Source: Octopus bimaculoides
Lineage: Eukaryota
DNA length: 42,517 bases
Assembly: GCF_001194135.2 (NCBI RefSeq)
Contig: NC_069005.1
Location: 2,224,475-2,266,991, forward strand
Direction of reading: 5' to 3'
Shown here: in pieces, positions 1 through 10,600 of the stretch
Position numbering within the stretch: the stretch's first letter is position 1
Layout: each line of letters begins with the position of its first letter
Translations under genes and position numbers: made by a program
The notes under the pieces: generated by a model
Database searches by the model: none
The model's input: the letters and a program-made list of their open reading frames with translations, nothing else
What the model was told of the DNA's origin: nothing

Positions 1-35
<35 letters not shown>

Positions 36-557
36 ATGCATTACACTGTTACTAAGACGCAGAAGTACAAAGTAGCAGAAAGGCCAACCGTTTCGTGTTT
101 AGTGAGTAATGAAAACAACATATCAAAGAGAGAGAGGGGGAGAGGTGTCGGGGAGGGAGAGAGAAATAAGGAAAGGAAGGACCGAGGGTGTGAAAACATT
201 CATAAACATATTCTATTTTCAGACGATTTTATAAACTGACATTAGCTTTTGATGAGACTATAATTAGAGACAAGACCTTAAATATAGAGCCGGTGTTTAT
301 TGACGTGGCTTGTAATTTAAGAATGCAACAGCAGCGACGCCATTATTTAGTTATCTATTTATTTACCTGCCAATATATGCACACATAATATACATAATTT
401 TTCTTCTGTGTTGCGTATTTGTTTCTTTTTTGCATCTGATTTTTATTGATCTTCTGAAAATAATGAAGCTGTATCCTTTAATTTGGTGCTTTTGGCGACA
501 TACACCGAGAAGAAAACTTGCAGAACGGAGTCTATTTTAACGAGGTGTATTTTGTAT

Positions 558-661
558 TCACCTGAAGAGACACATCCACACCGACGGATACTCTTAAACC
601 AGTTGTGAAGTATTCCACCCGTGAGGGATCGATGTCAGATGATTCGAAACAATTGTAGTGA
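558..661 (+). ncRNA. Minimal type I hammerhead ribozyme-like motif with canonical core, probably in a Penelope-like terminal repeat remnant
   Basis: Helix I TCAC(558-561)/GTGA(658-661); core CTGAAGA 562-568; helix II base G569-C645, A570-T644, 2x2 loop, CATC(573-576)/GATG(638-641); GAAAC 646-650; palindromic loop AATT; GTA 655-657; AATAAA just downstream. Confidence 0.6.
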
Positions 662-814
662 TCAATAAACATTCTCGTATTTTCCGTCTCTCCCATTAAT
701 CAAATATCCAAATGAACACTGTGAAAGTAAACGTGCTTTACCAGTGAGCTACCAGGTGTATACCATACGATTTATTATCTAATATATATATACATATATG
801 TATATATATATACT

Positions 815-849
<35 letters not shown>

Positions 850-850
850 T

Positions 851-892
<42 letters not shown>

Positions 893-895
<3 letters not shown>

Positions 896-1157
896 CGCTG
901 GCACTCCGTCGGTTACGAAGACAAAGGTTCCAGTTGATTCGATCAACGGAACAGCTTGCTCGTGAGATTAACGTGCAACTGGCTGAGCACTCCACAGACG
1001 CGTGACAAAGAGTGTGACAAGGCTGGCTTCTTTGAAATAAAGGTACTACTCATTTTTGCCGGCTGAGTGGACTGGAGCAACGTGAAATAAAGTGTCTTGC
1101 TCAAGGAGACAATTCGTCACCGAGAATTGAACCGAATACCCTAACCACTAAGCCACG
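893..1157 (-). mobile_element. tRNA-derived SINE, family B (my label)
   Basis: Minus strand cgtggcttagtggttagggtattc (A box), then ccttgagcaagacactttatttcacgttgctccagtccactcagc; related segments at 20770-20925 and 23361-23478. Confidence 0.7.
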
Positions 1158-1723
1158 TATATATATATATGTGTGTGTGTGTGTGTGCGTGCATATAATT
1201 TAACTGGAAAGCGAGACTGTTGTTAGTTAATAAAATTATCCCATTGAAGAAGACAAACCTTTCCGAAAACTGTAGGGGCCAAGGGAAAATTTATACAGTG
1301 GAATATAATAACAGAAGGGGTCATTGGTTATGCTGGTAACCAATTTTGTCTGGGAATTGAAAATATAACATTGAAAGCTGAGTTGTTGGCGCAAAATACC
1401 GAAATGTTTAGTGAACTGACTTCCCCAGCGGCCTTCATATTTCACCTTCGTGAATTTTATGAACGACGGAAGATCTGGATGGGAGAAGGTGCTGGTGAGC
1501 TGGTTGGTTAGGTGGTTGGTGTATTTTTGAAAGCTATTGTAAGTGAAAGCAGAGACAGAGACGCACACGTGACCGACATCCTGGCTATCAATTGACCTCC
1601 TCGATGTCGTTGGCTGTAAAGAGATTTTAAGGTGGTCAGCGTCCGTGCCAAGACCAGCTGGTTCTGGACACTGTTTGGCCAGCCACTAACACACACATAT
1701 ACACGCATCTATATATATACACG

Positions 1724-1754
<31 letters not shown>

Positions 1755-2437
1755 ATATTTGTATATGTATGTGTATGTATATCTGCCTTTGTTATTCTCC
1801 CTCCCTTCCCCTATTTTCTATCTATCTATCTATCTGTGTGTGTGTAAATATAAAGATGTAGATAGAGAAAGAGAGAGATACATAAAGACATACATATGAA
1901 GGCATATACGTATATATACATACATATGTATTTTTATTTTTTGTTATATATATACGCATACATCGAAGCGCACACGCACACTCTTGTGAAAATAAGCAAA
2001 CTTATATGTATGTATGCTTACTTACAAATCCATACGCTTTTTCTAAGAGACGTAACCCTATACGAGTGTGTGCGCCTGCATTTGTGCATGTATGCGTTTG
2101 TATGCATATATAAATATATATGTGAGCACGTATGTTTCTATGTACATATGTATATATGCATACACGCACACGCACTCACACAAACACATACATTTGTCCA
2201 TATAAAAATGCAAACATAAGTGCACACACATTTGCACAAGATGGCGACGACAGACAGGGAAACATGTTTGAAAGGAAGCAGAAGATTGTTAAGGGTGTCG
2301 TAATCAAATTGTTATCTACTTGAGATGACCAAATGGTCATGCTACCTAACCTTCGTAGGGTCTCTCAAACTGACCGACTGACCGCCTGCTGGTTTTGACA
2401 CATTAATCTTACAGACGTTATTGAGTTGTGTGAATAT

Positions 2438-2490
<53 letters not shown>

Positions 2491-3332
2491 NNNNNNNNNN
2501 NNNNNNNNNNNNNNNNNNNNNNNNNNNNNNNNNNNNNNNNNNNNNNNNNNNNNNNNNNNNNNNNNNNNNNNNNNNNNNNNNNNNNNNNNNNNNNNNNNNN
2601 NNNNNNNNNNNNNNNNNNNNNNNNNNNNNNNNNNNNNNNNNNNNNNNNNNNNNNNNNNNNNNNNNNNNNNNNNNNNNNNNNNNNNNNNNNNNNNNNNNNN
2701 NNNNNNNNNNNNNNNNNNNNNNNNNNNNNNNNNNNNNNNNNNNNNNNNNNNNNNNNNNNNNNNNNNNNNNNNNNNNNNNNNNNNNNNNNNNNNNNNNNNN
2801 NNNNNNNNNNNNNNNNNNNNNNNNNNNNNNNNNNNNNNNNNNNNNNNNNNNNNNNNNNNNNNNNNNNNNNNNNNNNNNNNNNNNNNNNNNNNNNNNNNNN
2901 NNNNNNNNNNNNNNNNNNNNNNNNNNNNNNNNNNNNNNNNNNNNNNNNNNNNNNNNNNNNNNNNNNNNNNNNNNNNNNNNNNNNNNNNNNNNNNNNNNNN
3001 NNNNNNNNNNNNNNNNNNNNNNNNNNNNNNNNNNNNNNNNNNNNNNNNNNNNNNNNNNNNNNNNNNNNNNNNNNNNNNNNNNNNNNNNNNNNNNNNNNNN
3101 NNNNNNNNNNNNNNNNNNNNNNNNNNNNNNNNNNNNNNNNNNNNNNNNNNNNNNNNNNNNNNNNNNNNNNNNNNNNNNNNNNNNNNNNNNNNNNNNNNNN
3201 NNNNNNNNNNNNNNNNNNNNNNNNNNNNNNNNNNNNNNNNNNNNNNNNNNNNNNNNNNNNNNNNNNNNNNNNNNNNNNNNNNNNNNNNNNNNNNNNNNNN
3301 NNNNNNNNNNNNCACACATATATATACACATA

Positions 3333-3368
<36 letters not shown>

Positions 3369-3402
3369 CACGCACACATATATATACACATATGTGTGTG
3401 TG

Positions 3403-3439
<37 letters not shown>

Positions 3440-3724
3440 TAATAATGTTTGTCGCCATATGAACATGGCTGTTCCATACGAACCGACGTTACTGCCATTT
3501 CTTAGCCTCAAGAGGACGCCTCCTACAAAAAAAAAATGGTACTAACAGCCATGTTGAAGTGGTGACAAACTTTGTTTCTCAGTATAGTTACTAATTTCTT
3601 ACAGAAATTTTCTAACTAGCTACTTAACTTGCTATATATATATATATATATAATCAGATTAAGCACATAAATGCGAAACAAGGTGGAAAAAATAGTACTC
3701 GAATACCAGAGGTAGAGTAATACG

Positions 3725-3847
3725 CTTTATTAAAATGCAGCAAAAATATCGCAATAAACTGTTACTCAGAGTTTCACGTTCCTGTTCGTCGGAAAGTGAA
3801 ACTCTGAGTTACAGTTTTTGTGATATTTTTGCTACTTTTTAATAAAG
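3725..3847. repeat. Long imperfect inverted repeat (58/57-bp arms, 8-nt spacer)
   Basis: ctttattaaaatgcagcaaaaatatcgcaataaactgttactcagagtttcacgttcc vs ggaaagtgaaactctgagttacagtttttgtgatatttttgctactttttaataaag; reverse-complementary with scattered mismatches. Confidence 0.9.
3759..3796 (-). ncRNA. Degenerate hammerhead-like motif at the centre of a long palindrome
   Basis: Minus strand CTTT-CCGACGA-ACAGGAACGT-GAAAC-TCTGA-GTA-ACAG; U4->C in the core; one mismatch each in helix I and helix II. Confidence 0.35.
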
Positions 3848-3896
<49 letters not shown>

Positions 3897-3908
3897 CTGG
3901 GAGAATCA

Positions 3909-4073
3909 TGGAATCATTGAGGTGTCAGACAAAATGCCTAGCTGTGTTTCTTCGGGTTCTTGTTTGCTCTGAGTTCAAATCTCGCTTAGGTCAGCTTTGG
4001 TTTCTAACCGTGAGGGATGGATAAAATGAATCAACAACCAATGCTATCATCTGTACCCATAACCTCAAAATTG
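3909..4073 (+). mobile_element. SINE family A (my label), degenerate
   Basis: ctctgagttcaaatctcgcttaggtcagctttgg resembles the ttctgagttcaaattccgccgaggtcgactttgcc core of the other copies. Confidence 0.5.
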
Positions 4074-4260
4074 NNNNNNNNNNCCTCCCTCCCGCTTCGT
4101 GATTGGTTGGCTGATATTTTAGTTGTAACGTCATCTATCTATCTATCTATCTTGTCTGTCTGTCTGTCTGTCTGTCTTTCTGTCAGTCTGTCTGTGTGGT
4201 TGCCTGTCTATTTGTCTGTCTCTGTCTATCTATCTATCCTTCCTTCCTTTCTCATTGCAG

Positions 4261-4352
4261 ACGGTACCTTCGGGTTACATGGAGAGATCCACGATGACAC
4301 ATTCACAAGGAGGAAGCAGAGACGGAATCGAACCACGTTTACACTGCAGCAG
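4261..4352 (+). CDS. Drgx: Drgx exon (homeodomain N-terminal arm): [31 protein letters not shown]
   Basis: Pyrimidine tract and cag acceptor ending at 4260; donor gttagt at 4353; starts phase 1, ends phase 0 after homeodomain residue 12. Confidence 0.95.
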
Positions 4353-4603
4353 GTTAGTCTAGTTTACTAAGCAATTGCATATGTGTACAACTTAGTAGTA
4401 CATACATGATGTAGGCCTATGAGTTCACACACACACACACACTTAGCAGTTCGTCATAAGGGACCAATAAAATAAGTACTAGGATTACAAAGAATAATTC
4501 CTGGAGTCAATTTGTTCGACTAAAGGTGATGCTCCAGCATGGCCGCAGTCAAATGACTGAAACAAGTAAAAGAATAAACGAACCTATATATATATATATA
4601 TAT

Positions 4604-4636
<33 letters not shown>

Positions 4637-7600
4637 TATGCGAGAGGCTTTATTTGGCCTCCGTCCGCCAAATCCAGCCACAAGTCCCTGATCGGNNNNN
4701 NNNNNNNNNNNNNNNNNNNNNNNNNNNNNNNNNNNNNNNNNNNNNNNNNNNNNNNNNNNNNNNNNNNNNNNNNNNNNNNNNNNNNNNNNNNNNNNNNNNN
4801 NNNNNNNNNNNNNNNNNNNNNNNNNNNNNNNNNNNNNNNNNNNNNNNNNNNNNNNNNNNNTATATAGCGAGAGAGAGAGAGAGATTCAAACAATTAAGTT
4901 TGAATGTTACAAAACGCTGACGAAAAATGATAGACAATGAAAAGACAAATAAGAGTTAAAACAAAAGCGATGTAAAGTAGATTAGAAAAAAAACAAACAA
5001 TTTAGGAAGTAAGAAAAAACAAATATAAAAATCTTTAAGAACAAAATGAAAAATGAAAATACCGTTCTTCACACCGATTTGGTAAGGGTTCAGAGAAAGA
5101 AAATGACAAAACTGGGATTCTTTATTGCTGAAGAGCGAACAGCAGTGTTTAAGAGATCAGGTTTCGATTTGAACATTTGGTTGTGAAGTGAAAGTTTGTA
5201 GAGAAGTTTGATGGAAAATGTGAAAATATAAATAAATAATCGAAATAAAAGAAATAAAACATAGAAATAGATGGTAGTGAAAGGAGAGGTGGAGTGGGAG
5301 GCAAAAGGAAGAAGAGGGATTGAAGGATCGAATTTCTTCAACGGTGCCGTATCTCCATCGCTGCTTTTGTATCCCAAACTAACACGGGTCGCGCTCTTAC
5401 AGAAATCATAACAACAACAGCCTCCACACAGCAATGTACGTATATATACACATATAAACACACATGAATATATATACACATGTAGATAAACACACACAAA
5501 TAAATATACACATACATGAAATCACATACATACACACATAAGCACGTACATACACTTATACATGTACGGATATATGCACACGTACACATACTCACATGCA
5601 TACAAAAACTCATACACATACACGCATGTGTACACATAAGTACATACGCTCACATACACACTAACAAACACAACACATATACACAACCGGTGTATCAGAG
5701 CAGTCGATTAATGTTAGCATGTCGACGTTGCCATCTGCAGCGCCATAACCGCCTCGGTCATAAGTGCAAAGAGGGAGGAGAGGGAGTAGAAACAAGATGG
5801 CGGAGGTGCAGACGGTTGATCACGCGACAGACACCCCGCCATCTTAAACCGATATCGTTCGAAAAGTAGCTTCTCCAACTCACACCATTGTCGTCATCAA
5901 CTTTTGTGTCTGATTCCAATGTATGTATGTATGTATGTATGTATGTCATTATTTCAAGATTTCTTGCCAATGAAGAACCGGTTTCTAACCTAGATCCAAG
6001 GCTCCTTCATTGGAATTTCAATGTCAACATCAGGGTATTTTTGTATGTATGTATGTATGTATGTCTCCAGATTTTTAGATTTTATTTTGTGTATGTATTC
6101 TCATGCATATAGTTACATATCTAGACATGCTCATATATAGTTAAATGATAAACTTCTGGAAAATTTTACAGGCCACATTCCTAGAGTCCCCCCCCTCACC
6201 ATCACAGTCATTGACCATTTTCTGCAGCAAATAATTCGAAACAAAGGTATTTCACAAATAAAACCTACCCTAATTAACCCTTTATTTTGTTTGTTGTATT
6301 TTACATCCATTGCCCCGTTTTAGTCACCCCATTACTCTTCAACGCCTCCTGGATCTTCCAGCACTTGCAGGGTGGGGGCGGGGCCGGTACTCCTCACTTT
6401 GGAAACCACTGATGTAAAGAACAGGAGGGTGAGAAAGAGAGAGAAAGAGACATAAAGCGTAGAATAGAGATACAGAGAGGAGTTTATGCAAAGGATGCAG
6501 GACGAATGCAAAATCTCGGCTTGGTGGCAGATAATAAGTAAACGGAAGTTATACAAAGATGAATGGGATTTTAAGAGACAAAGGGAGAATGGATGGAAGA
6601 GAGGGATCGAGGGAGGGCTGGAAAGTTCTTGGCTATCGCGAACGGCCTTGTTGGAGGCCCAACCTTCCGAGTTCTTTTACAGGGCTTAGAAAAACTGAAG
6701 GATCCCTGCAAAAAGTGTGTGAATCTGAGAAGGGGAATATGTTGAATAAAATCATAATTAACCTATCCTCTTGTATTTTCTTTTACCCAAAGCTAGAAAC
6801 TTTTCAGTACCTTCTCGCATATGTGTGTGTGTGTGTGTGTTTAGTAACCCATCTTTCTCACTCGCCTTTACTCCGAAATCAACTGTAGGTGACAGCATCC
6901 ACAGTCGCCAGTCAAATTTCCTATCTATCTATCTATCTATCCCTCTGTCTATCTATCTATCTATCCCTCTGTCTATCTATCTATCCCTCTGTCTATCTAT
7001 CTGTCTATCTCTCTCTGTCTGTCTGTCTGTCTATATGTCTATCTATGTATCTATACATACATGCATATATATATATATATATATATACGTACATATACAT
7101 GCATACATGTGTATATGTGCACATACGTATACTCATAGCTGCATATATATACACTCACACACACTTCCTATGTTCACGCAGAAACTTATTTATTCATGCT
7201 TGTATAAACACATGAGCACATGTAGATGCATACGTGACTGTACAACCGCATGTGGCTTTGTACAACCCTGTTTCTCGAGTTATCTCTTTCGCTTTGAACT
7301 TATGAATAAAATGCGCACGCAGGTTATGTGTGTGTGTGTGTGTGTGTGTTGAAGGAGGTTTTATATGAGTGAATGTACGTGAATATGTGTATACATGGAT
7401 GTGTGTGTAAGTGTGCGGTCGTGCGCGACTATGCTAAAAGGTCGGCTAGATTAGGCGGGTGACGATCTGTCTCTCTACCCCTGGATCTTGTGCACACATC
7501 ACGGTGAGCAAAAAGGTCCAGTGNNNNNNNNNNNNNNNNNNNNNNNNNNNNNNNNNNNNNNNNNNNNNNNNNNNNNNNNNNNNNNNNNNNNNNNNNNNNN

Positions 7601-10600
7601 NNNNNNNNNNNNNNNNNNNNNNNNNNNNNNNNNNNNNNNNNNNNNNNNNNNNNNNNNNNNNNNNNNNNNNNNNNNNNNNNNNNNNNNNNNNNNNNNNNNN
7701 NNNNNNNNNNNNNNNNNNNNNNNNNNNNNNNNNNNNNNNNNNNNNNNNNNNNNNNNNNNNNNNNNNNNNNNNNNNNNNNNNNNNNNNNNNNNNNNNNNNN
7801 NNNNNNNNNNNNNNNNNNNNNNNNNNNNNNNNNNNNNNNNNNNNNNNNNNNNNNNNNNNNNNNNNNNNNNNNNNNNNNNNNNNNNNNNNNNNNNNNNNNN
7901 NNNNNNNNNNNNNNNNNNNNNNNNNNNNNNNNNNNNNNNNNNNNNNNNNNNNNNNNNNNNNNNNNNNNNNNNNNNNNNNNNNNNNNNNNNNNNNNNNNNN
8001 NNNNNNNNNNNNNNNNNNNNNNNNNNNNNNNNNNNNNNNNNNNNNNNNNNNNNNNNNNNNNNNNNNNNNNNNNNNNNNNNNNNNNNNNNNNNNNNNNNNN
8101 NNNNNNNNNNNNNNNNNNNNNNNNNNNNNNNNNNNNNNNNNNNNNNNNNNNNNNNNNNNNNNNNNNNNNNNNNNNNNNNNNNNNNNNNNNNNNNNNNNNN
8201 NNNNNNNNNNNNNNNNNNNNNNNNNNNNNNNNNNNNNNNNNNNNNNNNNNNNNNNNNNNNNNNNNNNNNNNNNNNNNNNNNNNNNNNNNNNNNNNNNNNN
8301 NNNNNNNNNNNNNNNNNNNNNNNNNNNNNNNNNNNNNNNNNNNNNNNNNNNNNNNNNNNNNNNNNNNNNNNNNNNNNNNNNNNNNNNNNNNNNNNNNNNN
8401 NNNNNNNNNNNNNNNNNNNNNNNNNNNNNNNNNNNNNNNNNNNNNNNNNNNNNNNNNNNNNNNNNNNNNNNNNNNNNNNNNNNNNNNNNNNNNNNNNNNN
8501 NNNNNNNNNNNNNNNNNNNNNNNCCGCCACCATCGTCATCAACAACACCACCGGCAGCAGCAGCAGCAGCACTACCACCACCATCATCACTATAGTCATC
8601 ACTAACATCATCTCCAACACCAATACCACCTCTACACCAATTCCGCAGCAGTCACTCTCCCAACCACTACCACCACTGCCATCACCACCGCCACCACCAC
8701 CAGGAATATCTAAAAACATAATTACCACCCCTCCATACCACTGCCAACACCACAAGTGTTGTCACCAGCATTACCATCGTCAAAGGCTATGACCGAAGGC
8801 ATTCCAGCCGTGACCATCCCATCTTATTTACAGCGGAACGTCTGACCACTTCATTACTTCTTACGTCCAAGTTTAAAGCAACAACGGAACAATTTGGAGG
8901 AGATTTGGTAGCTATTTTTAGCAGGTTGAGTGACTCTGCATGGACCTGATGTAGTGGCGAGGCAGTTGGTGATGTGGTGGTGATCAAAGGCGCGCTGGCC
9001 TTGACCACCCTGTCTTAATATATTAAGGAATTACATTGTCTAAATTGTCGTTCCGCATTTAAGATGTCTGGATATGATTGGAGGGAAATTCAAACTGCTA
9101 TGATTAGCAGGTCGATCAAGTGCGTATAGGTACCAGTTATTAGCGTGGGAGTTTGTGTGGGTATTGGTGATAGCGTTGGAGGATGCTAGTGATGATGACG
9201 ATGATGATTAATGACGATGATGATGATGATGGTTGTGGTGGTGGTGATGATGATGACAACGAAGACAAAATCAACGCCGATGATAACGTCGGCGAAGTTG
9301 GTGATGATGATGATGATGATGTCAACTGTGATGTCGATGTCAACTACCTCGACGATGAGGACAGAGACGATGGGAATGATGACACGACGGCGACGACGAT
9401 GGCGGTGGGCGATGATGTCGGTGGGCGATGATGTCGGTGGTGACACTGACGTTTCTATAGCAACGCGAGACATCAAATCCAATCTATGTAAATTCCCGGC
9501 TTCGACATGGCATCGCGCGGTTATTTTCTTTCCTTGTGGTCATTCCCTTGTCATCTTGAGTGAAANNNNNNNNNNCAGAGACGATGGGAATGATGACACG
9601 ACGGCGACGACGATGGCGGTGGGCGATGATGTCGGTGGGCGATGATGTCGGTGGTGACACTGACGTTTCTATAGCAACGCGAGACATCAAATCCAATCTA
9701 TGTAAATTCCCGGCTTCGACATGGCATCGCGCGGTTATTTTCTTTCCTTGTGGTCATTCCCTTGTCATCTTGAGTGAAAAAGAGGGAGAGAGAGAGATAG
9801 GGAAGTGAAAGAGAGGGGAGATAGATAGGGAAGTGAAAGAGAGAGAGAGAAAGAGAGGGGAGAGATACAGAGACTGAAAGACAGGACAAGAAGAACTGCA
9901 CACACACACACACATTTTTACACAACCGTATACACACTCAGAGACACGCACACATTATCATTATTATTATTATTAAAGGCAGCGAGCTGGCCGAAACGTT
10001 AGCACGTCGGGCGAAGTGCTCAGCGGTATTTCGTCTGCCGTTACGTTCTGAGTTCAAATTCCGCCGAGGTCGACTTTACCTTTCATCCTTTCGAAGTCGA
10101 TTAAATAAGTGCCAGTTACGCACTGGGGTCGATATAATCGATCTAATCCAATTCTCTGTCCTTGTTTGTTCCCTGTGTGTGTAACCCCTTGTAGGCAGTA
10201 AAGAAATAAAAATCGTTAGCACACCGGGTGAAATGCTTAGCGGTATTCGTCTGTCTTTACGTTCTGAGGTCAAATGCCGCGTGGGTCGACAAAGTTAGTA
10301 CCAGTTACGCAGTGGGATCGATGTAATCGACTTAATACCTACCCCTAAATTTAAGGCCTTGTGCTTCTAATGTAAAGGATTATTATTATTATTATGATTA
10401 TTATTATTATTATTGTTGTAGTTGTTGTTATTATTGTTGTTGTTTCCATTTCGTTTCAGCTGGAAGAATTAGAGAAAGCATTCGCACAAACACATTATCC
10501 AGATGTCTTCACCCGAGAAGACTTGGCCATGAGAATTAACTTAACAGAAGCTAGAGTACAGGTATGAATACATATACATATATATATATACACACACGAA

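Noticed and set aside
3462-3545. MAVPYEPTLLPFLSLKRTPP... as the missing first exon
   Set aside because: The only nearby GT I found is a weak donor in phase 2, while phase 1 is required; no similarity to DRGX N-termini.
8524-9645. Pro/Thr/Asp/Met-rich ORFs in the Drgx intron as extra exons
   Set aside because: Cryptic trinucleotide repeats. The flanking homeodomain exons join exactly in phase 0, and an inserted exon would break helix 1.
9362-9779. Apparently exact 204-bp tandem duplication (9362-9565 and 9576-9779)
   Set aside because: The copies directly flank a 10-N placeholder gap, the usual sign of unmerged overlapping contig ends. Treated as an assembly artefact.
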